Source: Spirochaetales bacterium
GTDB taxonomy: Bacteria; Spirochaetota; Spirochaetia; PWKH01
Reading direction: 5' to 3'
DNA length: 53,785 nucleotides
NCBI GenBank assembly: GCA_021736605.1
Contig: JAIPFQ010000003.1
Location: 1-53,785, forward strand
Position 1 is the first letter of the stretch. Every line of letters begins with the position of its first letter. This document shows positions 1-10,571 of this stretch, one piece after another. The position numbers and the translations under genes were made by a program. The notes under the pieces were generated by a model. That model had not been told where the DNA came from. It searched no databases and was given only the letters and a program-made list of their open reading frames with translations.

Positions 1-800
1 TTTCCAGCAAGCTGCACCGTAACCGTCTTCCCATTGTCTTCCTCGATGGTGGCATCCAGAAAATTTGCATTCCCGATAAAATCAGCAACAAATGAGTTGG
101 CCGGATTCAAATAGATCTGCTCAGGAGTACCGTATTGAATAATCTTTCCATTATTCATAACCACGATTCGGTCTGACATGCTGAGAGCTTCACTCTGGTC
201 GTGGGTAACATAAAGGGCAGTAATTCCCAGCATCTGCTGCACCCGTTTAATCTCATTTCGGGTCTGTATCCGCAGTTTAGCATCTAAATTAGAAAGGGGC
301 TCATCAAAAAGAATAATCTCCGGTTTCAGAACCAGCGCACGCGCAAGAGCTACTCTCTGCTGCTGCCCGCCGGACAGTTCCCCGGGATACCGCTGTTCCA
401 GCCCGACAAGATTCACCATCTGACAAGCCATGGCCACATCATTTTTTATAACTTCCTTCGAGAGCTTCCGGACCCTCAGTCCATAGGCGATATTCTCAAA
501 AATGGTCAAATGGGGAAACAGCGCATAACTTTGAAACACCATAGGCATATTTCGGTTGAAAGCTGGAACATTATTAATCTTTTTTTTATTGAGGATGATA
601 TCACCGCGATTCTGGTTCTCAAAACCCGCAACCATTCGCAGCGTTGTTGTTTTACCGCAGCCTGAAGGCCCCAGAAGCGTCACAAATTCGCCTTTATTGA
701 TAGATAGGGAAATATCATCCACAGCAACAACAGTAGAGCCTCTACCGTCATCAAAAACTTTCGTAATATTATTCAATTCAAGATAGCTCTCTTTACTCAT
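1..800 (-). CDS. ABC transporter ATP-binding subunit (FbpC/AfuC/PotA-like), truncated by window edge
   Basis: Not in ORF track. Read manually from ATG at 800: MSKESYLELNNITKVF...LLGPSGCGKTTTLRMVAGFE, with signature LSGGQQQRVALARAL and Walker B FDEPLSNLD. SD AGGAGA at ~809-814. Confidence 0.93.
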   Translation of the reverse strand, partial: MSKESYLELNNITKVFDDGRGSTVVAVDDISLSINKGEFVTLLGPSGCGKTTTLRMVAGFENQNRGDIILNKKKINNVPAFNRNMPMVFQSYALFPHLTIFENIAYGLRVRKLSKEVIKNDVAMACQMVNLVGLEQRYPGELSGGQQQRVALARALVLKPEIILFDEPLSNLDAKLRIQTRNEIKRVQQMLGITALYVTHDQSEALSMSDRIVVMNNGKIIQYGTPEQIYLNPANSFVADFIGNANFLDATIEEDNGKTVTVQLAG

Positions 801-821
801 AGCTCAGTTCTCCTGATGTTT

Positions 822-2507
822 CTATTTGGTTGTTCCAAAAATCTGTGACTGTTTCAAGCCCGTTAATTTCATGATCAGCAGTATAAAAACCATAATGATG
901 ATAATAAGCATAAATGACATGACAGAAGCCACACCAAGACGCATAATTTCCGTCTGCGCCAGTATCAGCACGGTCATATGATTCCATCGAGCAGATACAA
1001 GAAAAATAATTGCACTAATGGCTGTCATGCTTCTGATGAATGCAAATGTGGCCCCGGCAAACAATGCCGGCCTGATGAGGGGCATCGTGATTTTCCTGAA
1101 GGTGTAGGCGCTGGTTCCGCCTAAATTTGTTGAAGATTCCTCAATTTCCGGTGATATCTGCTTGAGGGCGGCAATACCCCCTTCCACTCCAATGGGGACA
1201 TTCCGGAAAACATAGCAGGCTATCAGAATAAATGCTGTTCCCGAAAGCTCAAAAGGCGTTTTGTTAAAAGCGAGAATATATCCAATACCCACCGCTGTTC
1301 CGGGAATGGCGTAACTCAGCATGGAGAGAAACTCGATAAAATGCTTTCCGGGAAACTGTTTTCGAACCACAATAAATGCAATCAGCATACCCAGCAAAGC
1401 AGTTAAGGGTGTAGAAATCAGCGCCAGAATCAAGGTGTTTTTCATGGTCGTCATGCCTACATCAAAACTGTATGCAAAATGCTCCAGTGTTAAGGACCAA
1501 TCTACTCCCCAAAGCTTAATGAAGCTTCCTGATATAATGGTGAAATAGAAGAGCAGGACAAAGGCGGAGATTCCGGCAGCTGCTGCAAAAAGAGCCCATC
1601 GAGCTCCCTTTCCAATGGAAGAAGACGCACGGCGGGATGATTTTCCTGTAATTGTGGTATAGGTTTTATTCTTCATGATATATTTCTGAACAAAGAAAAC
1701 CCCCACCGTGGGAACGAGGAGAAGTATGGCCAGAGCAGTACCCCGAGGCAGATTTCCCATACCGGTAAACTCTAAATACGCCTGTACCGAAAGCACATCA
1801 AAATCCCCCCCAATGATAATGGGATTACCGAAATCAGTAAGAGAGCCGACAAAAACCAGCAGCCAGGAAGCAAAAATTCCCGGCAAGGCCAGCGGCATAA
1901 CCACAGTCCAGAAAACCCGCCCTCGCTTTGCGCCGAGATTCATGGCGCAGGTCTCCAAGTCCGGATCAATCCCCTGCAGGATTCCCGATAGTGTCATGTA
2001 TGCAATGGGGAACATTGCTATAGTCTGCACAATAACCAAACCCTTGAGGCCGTAAATACCACTTGTATCCAGCTGCAGCAGTTTGGCTGTGATGAGGCCG
2101 TTTCGTCCGAAAAGCAGAATTACGGAAAGGGCGAACATGAACGGCGGGGAAATCATCGGCAGAATAGCCATACCCTGAAAAAATCGCTGCCCAGGAATTC
2201 GCGCCTTGGTTAAGGCATACGCAAAAAGAAAACCCACAAAGGTAGCTAATGTTGCAACAATGGCACCGAGGGTGAGACTATTCTTAATCGCCCCGACATA
2301 TCTGCTGTTTGTAAAAATATGGGAATACTCTTTTGTTGAAAAGCTTCCGTCAGGCATCAAACTCATTTTTGCCGCCGAAAAGAGGGGATAAATGATAAAC
2401 AGGATGAGCAGTCCCAGTACCGCTAGAATCCCGATAAGCAGAACGGGTTCTCGGGTCAGCTGATAAAAATGATTTTTCCTTCTGAACGCAGGGTTTTGTG
2501 CACTCAT
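822..2507 (-). CDS. ABC transporter permease with two TM modules (FbpB/AfuB-like)
   Basis: 561 aa, highly hydrophobic, two EAA-type loops (LETCAMNLGA; IEESSTNLGG). Lies between the SBP and ATPase genes. Confidence 0.92.
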   Translation of the reverse strand: MSAQNPAFRRKNHFYQLTREPVLLIGILAVLGLLILFIIYPLFSAAKMSLMPDGSFSTKEYSHIFTNSRYVGAIKNSLTLGAIVATLATFVGFLFAYALTKARIPGQRFFQGMAILPMISPPFMFALSVILLFGRNGLITAKLLQLDTSGIYGLKGLVIVQTIAMFPIAYMTLSGILQGIDPDLETCAMNLGAKRGRVFWTVVMPLALPGIFASWLLVFVGSLTDFGNPIIIGGDFDVLSVQAYLEFTGMGNLPRGTALAILLLVPTVGVFFVQKYIMKNKTYTTITGKSSRRASSSIGKGARWALFAAAAGISAFVLLFYFTIISGSFIKLWGVDWSLTLEHFAYSFDVGMTTMKNTLILALISTPLTALLGMLIAFIVVRKQFPGKHFIEFLSMLSYAIPGTAVGIGYILAFNKTPFELSGTAFILIACYVFRNVPIGVEGGIAALKQISPEIEESSTNLGGTSAYTFRKITMPLIRPALFAGATFAFIRSMTAISAIIFLVSARWNHMTVLILAQTEIMRLGVASVMSFMLIIIIMVFILLIMKLTGLKQSQIFGTTK

Positions 2508-2544
2508 AATATACCTTAACCTCTTCCCTTATAGTGATACATAT

Positions 2545-2577
2545 ACACCAGCCCCGTAAAATTCAAAGGGCTGGTGT
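2545..2577 (-). terminator. Stem-loop after SBP gene (terminator or mRNA-stabilising hairpin)
   Basis: ACACCAGCCC...GGGCTGGTGT, 10-bp perfect stem between SBP and permease. Confidence 0.6.
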
Positions 2578-2594
2578 TATTATGATGCAAAAGT

Positions 2595-3617
2595 CTACTT
2601 AGTCTTGGACTCACCGCCGATAACATCGTTCCATTTTTCAACCAGGCGAGTTTTGTTTTTCGCTGCCCACTCATCATCCTGTTTTATTGTATTAACTTCA
2701 GAGATGGGAACAGCTCCCTCAGCTAGGGGAACATCAACAAAGGGGACTACAAACATCTCTGCATATAATGATGCTGCCGTCTTCCCTAAAGCCCAGTCAT
2801 ACAGTTTTTTCGCTGCTTCAAGCTCCTCTTCGGGACCATTTTTGATTAAGGAAACTGAGGCTACTTCATAACCGGTTCCTTCATCAGGAAAGGTGATTTT
2901 CAGAGGATAGCCCTGATCTACCAGACGAACACCGTCATGGGCGTAGCCGATGGCTACGGTGATTTCACCGATACTTGCATTTTTTCCGGGGGCTGAACCC
3001 GATCGGGTATACTGAGTTACGTTATTATCAAGGCGTTTCAGATATTCAAACGCTTTATCTTCGCCGTATATCTGAACGAGGGTAGCTAGAACATTATATG
3101 AAGTGCCCGATGAACCGGGGTTAGCAACCTGTACATGTCCTTCATACTCAGGACTGGTTATTTCCTCCCAGGATTCAGGCGCCTTCAGACCGTATTTTTC
3201 CAACATTTTTGTATTGCTTTCAAAACACAGGGGTCCGGCATAAATCCCTGACCAGTAATACTCGCTGTCCCTGAAGTGATCCGGCATATTTGCCGCAGGT
3301 GAATTGTAGGGGGTGGTCAGGCCTTTGTTTTTTGCTTCAATATGACCGAGACCTACTCCTCCATACCAAATACTGGCTTGGGGATTCTCTTTTTCCGCTT
3401 CCAGCCTTGCAACAGCCTCTCCAGTGGAGAGCCGTACCCAATCAACCTGTATTCCTGTTTCTTCGGTAAAAGCCTTGAAAACCTTTCTTGCCAGCTCTTC
3501 ATCCAGGGTAGTATAAGCAGTTATTCGTTCACCTTCCTGTGCAGCTTGTGCCCAGACGGAAAAACCTGAAAACAGAATCATCAATGAAATCAAGATTACT
3601 ATAACCTTATTTCTCAT
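2595..3617 (-). CDS. ABC transporter substrate-binding protein (Fbp/AfuA-like, possibly sugar-phosphate binding)
   Basis: Start re-called at ATG 3617 (MRNKVIVIL, SD GGAGG). Signal peptide; motifs RLSTGE, NPGSSGT, YTRSGSAP, GYAHDG, GTGYE. Confidence 0.88.
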   Translation of the reverse strand: MRNKVIVILISLMILFSGFSVWAQAAQEGERITAYTTLDEELARKVFKAFTEETGIQVDWVRLSTGEAVARLEAEKENPQASIWYGGVGLGHIEAKNKGLTTPYNSPAANMPDHFRDSEYYWSGIYAGPLCFESNTKMLEKYGLKAPESWEEITSPEYEGHVQVANPGSSGTSYNVLATLVQIYGEDKAFEYLKRLDNNVTQYTRSGSAPGKNASIGEITVAIGYAHDGVRLVDQGYPLKITFPDEGTGYEVASVSLIKNGPEEELEAAKKLYDWALGKTAASLYAEMFVVPFVDVPLAEGAVPISEVNTIKQDDEWAAKNKTRLVEKWNDVIGGESKTK

Positions 3618-3690
3618 ACGTAAACCTCCATTTTTTTTCTGTATAGATTCAGTATAAATGGGCTTCCTCAAGGTCACAAGAAACAATACG

Positions 3691-3718
3691 GTTACAAAAT
3701 GGTAACAGAAGAGTAACA
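3691..3718 (-). promoter_or_regulatory. Three tandem GTWACA direct repeats at 11-bp spacing (OmpR/PhoB-type operator)
   Basis: GTTACA 3691, GTAACA 3702, GTAACA 3713, upstream of the SBP gene and just downstream of an OmpR-family regulator gene. Confidence 0.6.
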
Positions 3719-3746
3719 GGTGCTGAAAAGGGAAATTACGATGATA

Positions 3747-4466
3747 CTACGTCTTATCTTCCCCTGAAGGAGTTCTGTGGTCTGAGGGCCTGGAAATTTT
3801 ATATCCCCGCCCCCATTCATTCAAGATATAGATAGGCTGCGAGGGATCAGGTTCTATCTTTTTGCGCAGTCGCTGGATGGAAACCTTTACAAGCTCCCTT
3901 CCCCCTTCCCAATCCTGATGCCCCCAGACTTCTTTGCAAATAACCTGCCAGGAAACCACCCAGCCCGGCCGTGATGCCAGATAGCTTAGCAAGCTGTACT
4001 CTGTGGGAGTTAAACTTATAGGAATATTATCACGGCTGACAAATTTTCTATCGGTATGGATATGCAGACCGCCGATATGTATATCCTTTTTCTGTTCAAT
4101 TCTGCTGATGCGATTCAGAATTTTACGAATACGGAGGATAACTTCACGATGGTTGAAGGGTTTCTTTATGTAGTCCTCAGCACCGATTTCTAATCCTGAA
4201 ACAACATCTGAATCTTTATCCCGAGAGCTCAGAATTACTACGGGGATAGACCAGCGCTGCTTTATCCTATTACAGACCTCAAGACCATTCATTCCAGGAA
4301 GATTAAGATCTAAAATTATCAAATGGATAGTCTCTTTTTCCAGCAGCGCAAGGCCGTCTTCTCCAGTGTAAGCTATGGAAACATCGTACCCCTCATCAAA
4401 CATGAGATATTCAAGGATTCCCACAATATGGGGTTCATCCTCAATAATCAGAATCTTGTATTTCAT
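3747..4466 (-). CDS. OmpR/PhoB-family response regulator
   Basis: Start MKYKILIIEDE at 4466 (ATGA overlap with the kinase stop). Receiver LDLNLPG, KPF; winged helix LTPTE...RLRKKIE...WGRGY. Confidence 0.95.
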   Translation of the reverse strand: MKYKILIIEDEPHIVGILEYLMFDEGYDVSIAYTGEDGLALLEKETIHLIILDLNLPGMNGLEVCNRIKQRWSIPVVILSSRDKDSDVVSGLEIGAEDYIKKPFNHREVILRIRKILNRISRIEQKKDIHIGGLHIHTDRKFVSRDNIPISLTPTEYSLLSYLASRPGWVVSWQVICKEVWGHQDWEGGRELVKVSIQRLRKKIEPDPSQPIYILNEWGRGYKISRPSDHRTPSGEDKT

Positions 4467-5674
4467 GTAAGCTTCTCCCCTGTTCCGCATGCTGCATCCT
4501 TGGGAAGGGTGAAAGAAAATGTTGACCCTAATCCCGCAACTGAACCGACATAGACATTCCCGCCATGTTTCTCAATAACACTTTTCACAATAGACAGCCC
4601 TAAACCTGCTCCATCCAAGTTTTCCGCTGCGGGATCTGTACTCTGATAGTATTCATCAAAAATTTTCGGTTTTTCTATATTCTGAATACCGCTTCCATTG
4701 TCGCTTACCGACACCACCAGGCACTGTTCGTTTTCATTGATGGACACCTCAATCTTCCCTTGCTCCCCGATATGTTTGCTGGCATTGTGAATAAGATTAA
4801 TCAGCACCTGCTGAATCCATTCGGGATCTGCAAAAACTTTTGAAAGCAAATTGGGATACGTATACTTAATACTTTGATTCCTATTGGTAATGAAGGGCTG
4901 AATATCATTGCATACCTTTTTTACTGAACTTCTCAAATCCACCATTTTTTTATGCATCCTGAACCAGGTGTACTCAACCTTTATCTGAGAGAGGATGTTT
5001 TCGGTTATGCCGATCATCCTCGTTACATTTTCGGAAGTAGAGTGTATGAACTGCTTCTGCTTGCTGTTCAAGGGTCCCGGTCGTTCCTCCTGCAGAATTT
5101 CAGTGGAGGATTTGATAACAGCCAGAGGAGTTCGCAGCTCGTGAGAGAGGGTTGTCAGCAGTTTATTTTTCCGGTCTATTTGTGTATGCAGAGAAGAAAT
5201 CTCCTCTTCACTCTCCCTCTGCATACTGTTCATGAGAAAAAAAAGACCTAATCCGCAAAGCAGGCTTAAGAAATACGCCGCACCGGAGAGCGGAGTGATC
5301 ACCACTTTTCCCGGAATCCCTGTCAGAGCAGAAGCTGTAAAAAAAAGATATACAAGTGAAGGAAAAAGATAGTTCCAGGGAGAACGAGTAAAGCGAAGCA
5401 TCTTACATACAAAAAAGACTGCAAAGGGAATTCCGATAAAGGGATGCAGAAACAGCGGAATCCACAAAATGCAGACTCCTTCAGCTGCTGCTGCCGGCAA
5501 GGATGTAAAAAAACTGCCGGCAATCCTGGTTTCCAAAAATTCAAGAATCAGCCAATAAAGAGACACCCCTGCAGCGGAAATGATATACGGGACTTCCCCT
5601 CTTCCCAAGAGAAAGGAGAGTCCAATGAATGAGGCAAAAAGGATTCTATAATAAGCAAAATACAGCTGCTTCAT
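4463..5674 (-). CDS. Membrane sensor histidine kinase
   Basis: N-terminal TM segments, H-box SHELRTPL, N-box QVLINLIHNA, G1 DNGSG, G2 GAGLGL. Confidence 0.95.
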   Translation of the reverse strand: MKQLYFAYYRILFASFIGLSFLLGRGEVPYIISAAGVSLYWLILEFLETRIAGSFFTSLPAAAAEGVCILWIPLFLHPFIGIPFAVFFVCKMLRFTRSPWNYLFPSLVYLFFTASALTGIPGKVVITPLSGAAYFLSLLCGLGLFFLMNSMQRESEEEISSLHTQIDRKNKLLTTLSHELRTPLAVIKSSTEILQEERPGPLNSKQKQFIHSTSENVTRMIGITENILSQIKVEYTWFRMHKKMVDLRSSVKKVCNDIQPFITNRNQSIKYTYPNLLSKVFADPEWIQQVLINLIHNASKHIGEQGKIEVSINENEQCLVVSVSDNGSGIQNIEKPKIFDEYYQSTDPAAENLDGAGLGLSIVKSVIEKHGGNVYVGSVAGLGSTFSFTLPKDAACGTGEKLT

Positions 5675-5708
5675 GCCCCCTCTTTTTCGTACAAGCAGTT
5701 TTACTCAA

Positions 5709-7334
5709 CTAAAACAGGCCGGTGATATTCCCTTCGGCATCAATGTCGATTTCTTCCGCAGAAGGCCGCATCGGCAGCCCCGGCATGGTCATAATATCAC
5801 CTGTATAGACAACAATAAAGCCTGCCCCGGCACTAATCCGCGCATCCTTTACAGTAATTGTAAAATCCTTCGGACGTCCTGTTACTTTGGCATCGTCGGA
5901 TAATGACATCTGCGTCTTGGCAATACAGATTGGAAGCTTTCCATAGCCCTGCTCCTCAAATCGACGGATTCGTGTAATCATGCCTTTATTGTATGATACC
6001 TTCCCGGCTCCGTAGACCTTTTCTGCAATGGTTTCAATTTTTTCCCGAATACCCATGTCCAAAGGATAGAGATAGGTAAATTCATCCTCTTTATCCCTTT
6101 CACAGATCTCAACGATCCTTTCGGCCAGCTTAGTACCGCCGGCACCCCCGGATTCCCGGAAATCAGTAATCTCCGCTGCAGTACCCTGATCTTCAAGCCT
6201 CTTTTTAAGCTCCTCCAGCTCTTTCGGGTCATCATCAGCAAAACGGTTGATTGAAACCACTACAGGAACATTGAAAAGCCCCATATTCTCAGCATGTTTG
6301 AGGATATTATCCAAACCGTGCACCTTGAAAGCACGCAGGGTAACAACAAGAACAGCGGCTGACGGCTTCAGCCCCCCGGCCCGGCAAGTAATATCATAAA
6401 ACTTCTCAGCTCCAAGATCAGAACCAAAACCGGCTTCTGTAACCGTATAATCACTCATTTTCAAAGCCATCTTTGTTGCAGTAAGTGAGCTGCATCCATG
6501 AGCGATATTTGCAAAGGGACCTGCATGAACAAAAACGGGCATACCCTCAATGGACTGCACCAGATTGGGGTCCAAGGCTTGCTTCAACAGAGCCGCCATA
6601 GCACCATGGGCATTGATATCTGCCGCCGTTACCGGTTTCTTATCCCATGTCTCTCCAATTATTATTCTTCCGAGCCGCTCTTTCAGATCCGTTATACTAT
6701 CTGCCAAAGCGAGAACAGCCATCACTTCGGAAGCAGCGGTTATCTCAAAGCCGTCCTCCCGCATAACACCGTTTTTCCCGCCTTTTCCGGCACCAATGAT
6801 GATCTCCCGCAAAGACCTGTCATTCATATCCATGACACGTTTCCATTGAATTTTCCTTGGGTTCAGCACAGGCTCTTTCTGTCTATGGATATGATTGTCT
6901 ATCAGGGCAGAAAGAAGATTATGGGTGATGGATACTGCATGCATATCACCAGTAAAATGGAGGTTTATTTCATCCATGGGAAGTACCTGCGAATATCCGC
7001 CTCCTGCGGCCCCGCCTTTTATACCCATACAGGGTCCAAGCGAAGGCTCCCGGATGGCGGCCATACTTTTTTTGCCGATCTTCTGCAGCGCCTGTCCTAA
7101 GCCAATGGTATTGGTAGTTTTCCCTTCTCCAAATTTCGTCGGAGTCATGGCAGTAACCAAGATAAGTTTACCTTCCGGCTTAGCTTCTTCCTCAAGTTTA
7201 CGAAGTTTTCCAGTCGGCACTTTGGCTTTATATTCTCCATAGAGCTGCACATCCTGCTGAAGCCCTGCCTTTTCTGCAATTTCTTTTATTGGCCTGATAA
7301 GCGCTTTCTGAGCAATCTCCTGATCTGATTTCAT
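5709..7334 (-). CDS. fhs: Formate--tetrahydrofolate ligase
   Basis: TPTKFGEGKTT, GIKGGAAGGGYSQV, HAGPFANIAHG, TEAGFGSDLG, IMTMPGLP. Confidence 0.97.
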   Translation of the reverse strand: MKSDQEIAQKALIRPIKEIAEKAGLQQDVQLYGEYKAKVPTGKLRKLEEEAKPEGKLILVTAMTPTKFGEGKTTNTIGLGQALQKIGKKSMAAIREPSLGPCMGIKGGAAGGGYSQVLPMDEINLHFTGDMHAVSITHNLLSALIDNHIHRQKEPVLNPRKIQWKRVMDMNDRSLREIIIGAGKGGKNGVMREDGFEITAASEVMAVLALADSITDLKERLGRIIIGETWDKKPVTAADINAHGAMAALLKQALDPNLVQSIEGMPVFVHAGPFANIAHGCSSLTATKMALKMSDYTVTEAGFGSDLGAEKFYDITCRAGGLKPSAAVLVVTLRAFKVHGLDNILKHAENMGLFNVPVVVSINRFADDDPKELEELKKRLEDQGTAAEITDFRESGGAGGTKLAERIVEICERDKEDEFTYLYPLDMGIREKIETIAEKVYGAGKVSYNKGMITRIRRFEEQGYGKLPICIAKTQMSLSDDAKVTGRPKDFTITVKDARISAGAGFIVVYTGDIMTMPGLPMRPSAEEIDIDAEGNITGLF

Positions 7335-7616
7335 ACATCATCCTCCTCATTTACCTTGCTGCCCATTTACAAAAAGCTTGAGGCATTATCTAATTATGAT
7401 GGATTATACGGATACAATCATGTGTAAGAGCCATATTACTATGATTATCGGCGGGATACAATACTAAAATATTCAAAGAAGGGAACTGCATATTTCACAC
7501 AACGAGCATAACACTGCAAAGTACTAAATTTTACTATTTTTTACAGTGTAAACAAAAATAAGGATTTTTTGTAATATTTTATTACCATGCAGAGGATTAC
7601 TACTAAATACACATCA

Positions 7617-10571
7617 TCATTCAAAGAGTTTTTTCAGCTCCGACCAGCCGGTTTCGGTAAAATCTTCCAGCCAGAGATCCAGCTCCATATCCCGAACACT
7701 TTCCCCGACTCCCACACTCTTCATGCAGGCGCTGCGGACAGCTTCTATTCCAGCTTTCGCATCCTCAACCCCGATGCACTCTTCAGGTAAGCAGCCGACT
7801 CCTTCAGCTGCACGAACAAAGACCTCCGGATCCGGCTTGCCCTTCATCACATCTCCTGCGGGGGAGACAAAATCAAAAGCCTCCTCCAGTTTCAAACGCT
7901 TCAGGATAAAGGGAGCATTGCGGCTGGCGGATGCAAGGGCGATTTTAATCCCCGCCTCCTTCAGCTCCTGCAGCAGCGGCACAATCCCCGGAAGAACATC
8001 TTTCTCAGTCAGCTGCATGAGTGAATCACGGTAAGCTGTATTCTTTTCCGTCATCAGCTCCTCAATAGTCTCATCATCAAGCTGCACACCGTTGTGACGT
8101 AGAATAATCTCAAGTGATTCCCTCCTGGATACTCCGCGAAGGGCAGCATTTATTTCCCAGTTAAATTCCCAAGCATGTTCATCCGCCAGACGTTTCCAGG
8201 CGCGATAATGGAATGAATCAGTTGACGTTATTACCCCGTCCAAATCAAAGACCACCGCTTTACACACCGGGGCAGCGGGGACCTCAATCCCTTTTTCCGT
8301 AACATCCAGAATCTCTGATCTATGACATATCTGCAGATGTCCTTCTTCCAGAAGCTGATATCGACATCCGCTGCGGCTTATCGTTATTTTCAAAGGCTTT
8401 TCCTGCAGGGACAAACCGAATGTAAGTGATTTCCAAGCCTTCGGCAGCTGCGGCCTGAAACAGGGCAGCCCCCTATTCGTCCTCATTCCCGCGATGCCGA
8501 AAACAATGGACATCCAGGAACCTGCCATGGCCGCTGTATGCAGTCCGTCTTTTGAATTGCCGTGACGATCCTCAATATCCATCAGTGTCGTGCCGTAGAG
8601 ATGCTTTAAGCCCGCATCTTCATAGCCGAATTCAAAAGCCTGAATACCCTGGATACAAGCGGAAAGAGAGCTGTCACCTGTTGTAAGGGGTTCATAAAAC
8701 TCAAAATCCCTCTTTTTCTGATACCAGGGAATTCGATTTCCCAGCAGAAAATTCCCAAGAATCGCATCAGCCTGCTTCAGAACACGGTAGCGATAAATGA
8801 CCAAGGGGTGATAGTAGAGCAGCAGAGGATATTTATCCTTCGGACGATTTTCAAAATCCCAGGGTTCCCGCTCCATGAACTGATCATCCTGAGGATGAAT
8901 GGCTTTTGCGGCGGCAAAGGGAATATACATGGCATCAGCAGCCTTTTTCCAAGACCCCGGCTCACCATCCTCCAGATTGATACGTACGCACAGCTCCTCC
9001 CAGAACCCCGGTTCGTGCTCTTTCAGCCACTCAGCCGTCTCCCAGGCCTTCTCCAAATGAAATTTTGCCATTTGGTTCGTATAGTAATTATTATTTACCA
9101 AAGCAGAATACTCGTCAGGCCCGGTCACCTCATTAATGCAGAAAGCTCCCCCCTTACCGGGATTGTAGAATCCCAGATCAGCCCAGAGCCGGGCAGTTTC
9201 AAACAGCATCTCCGCTCCGCCGGCAATCAGAATGGAATAGTCGCCGGTACTTTCAATATACGTAATCAGGCTGTAGGCAATATCAGCATTAATATGATAC
9301 TGGGCGGTACCGGCAGGATAATAGGCCGAAGCTTCCAGACCGTTAATGGTTCTCCAGGGGTACAAAGCCCCCTTCTGTGACAGCACAACGGCTCGATCTC
9401 TTGCTTTCGGAAGAATGGAAAACCGGTACAGGAGCAGCGCTCGAGCGATTTCCGGCTTGGTATAAGTAAACAGCGGCATAGCATAAATTTCCGTATCCCA
9501 GAAATAATGCCCCTCATAACCGCCGCCGGTCAGACCCTTTGCAGCCAGACTGCCGCTTCCATCCTTGCCCGTAGATTGGTAAAGCTGAAAAAGATTGAAC
9601 CGCAGGGCCTCCTGGAGTTCTGCATCCCCATCAATTTCAATATTTGCGATCTTCCAAAAATCGCTTAAGTGATTTTCCTGAAGTTCAAGGAAATCCTCCC
9701 AGCTGCGGCTATTAATGGTCTTCAAATCTTTTTTGAATGAAAACTGCAAGGAATGTTCCCGCTCCACCATTTCTGAATGATAACTGAAAAATTTCCTGCA
9801 GGAAAACTCAGCAGGCTTCGATCCCTCTATCGTATAGACTATCACCGGGAGAGAAGAGTCTTCCCGATGCTCCACTGCCTCCTGATCAGCACCGGATGAC
9901 TCATGAACCATACCGCAGAAGAGAGAGAGCCTGCTCTGAATGGTGCGAAACATGCCCTGCATGGAATACCGACCTTCAGCTTGATCAATCTGGTGTGCAA
10001 CTTTCTCCAGAGGAGGCCGCATCAGCTTTGAACTTACCCGGGGATCATATTCGTCCCTGGGTCGTTCAGAAGGGAGAGCAATGGTGGAATAGACGCGTAT
10101 TTCCACGGGATCGTGGGTTTTTATGCTGAGCTGGATACCTCCTATATGCTTGAATTCATAGGATATGAAAGATTCCCACTTCAAGGAAACCCGCTTATTA
10201 TCCGGGCTGATCCAGGTCATTTCCCGAGTAAGCAGTCCCTTCCGAAAATCCAGAACTCGCCGGTAATTCTCAACACTTCCCGTAGTCTGATCAAAAAAGT
10301 GTTCTCCTACTTTGATCCTGATATACCGGCAGTCAGGAAGATCTAGCATGGTCTGATTAAATTCGGCTAAGCCGTACGCATGTTCACCATAATGGATAGG
10401 TGTCAGCTCATAAAAGCCATTGATAAACACTCCCGGATGGTAAGCCGGTCTCCTTTCAGGATAGAAGCCCCGCATGCCGAGGTATCCATTACCTATGGAA
10501 AAGAGACTCTCTTCCTTGGCAAGTTCTGTTTTAATTACAGAAGTATCAACTAATTTCCAACTTTCCAGCAT
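7617..10571 (-). CDS. GH65 disaccharide phosphorylase fused to C-terminal beta-phosphoglucomutase (HAD)
   Basis: FSIGNGYLGMRG, GYEGHYFWDTE, catalytic GPDEY, KQAD, TTGDSSLS. C-terminal ~210 aa: VFDLDGVITST...KPDPEVF...VEDAKAG. Confidence 0.93.
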   Translation of the reverse strand: MLESWKLVDTSVIKTELAKEESLFSIGNGYLGMRGFYPERRPAYHPGVFINGFYELTPIHYGEHAYGLAEFNQTMLDLPDCRYIRIKVGEHFFDQTTGSVENYRRVLDFRKGLLTREMTWISPDNKRVSLKWESFISYEFKHIGGIQLSIKTHDPVEIRVYSTIALPSERPRDEYDPRVSSKLMRPPLEKVAHQIDQAEGRYSMQGMFRTIQSRLSLFCGMVHESSGADQEAVEHREDSSLPVIVYTIEGSKPAEFSCRKFFSYHSEMVEREHSLQFSFKKDLKTINSRSWEDFLELQENHLSDFWKIANIEIDGDAELQEALRFNLFQLYQSTGKDGSGSLAAKGLTGGGYEGHYFWDTEIYAMPLFTYTKPEIARALLLYRFSILPKARDRAVVLSQKGALYPWRTINGLEASAYYPAGTAQYHINADIAYSLITYIESTGDYSILIAGGAEMLFETARLWADLGFYNPGKGGAFCINEVTGPDEYSALVNNNYYTNQMAKFHLEKAWETAEWLKEHEPGFWEELCVRINLEDGEPGSWKKAADAMYIPFAAAKAIHPQDDQFMEREPWDFENRPKDKYPLLLYYHPLVIYRYRVLKQADAILGNFLLGNRIPWYQKKRDFEFYEPLTTGDSSLSACIQGIQAFEFGYEDAGLKHLYGTTLMDIEDRHGNSKDGLHTAAMAGSWMSIVFGIAGMRTNRGLPCFRPQLPKAWKSLTFGLSLQEKPLKITISRSGCRYQLLEEGHLQICHRSEILDVTEKGIEVPAAPVCKAVVFDLDGVITSTDSFHYRAWKRLADEHAWEFNWEINAALRGVSRRESLEIILRHNGVQLDDETIEELMTEKNTAYRDSLMQLTEKDVLPGIVPLLQELKEAGIKIALASASRNAPFILKRLKLEEAFDFVSPAGDVMKGKPDPEVFVRAAEGVGCLPEECIGVEDAKAGIEAVRSACMKSVGVGESVRDMELDLWLEDFTETGWSELKKLFE

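Noticed and set aside
7335-7600. THF or ZTP riboswitch upstream of fhs
   Set aside because: AT-rich region without the consensus motifs or evident helices.
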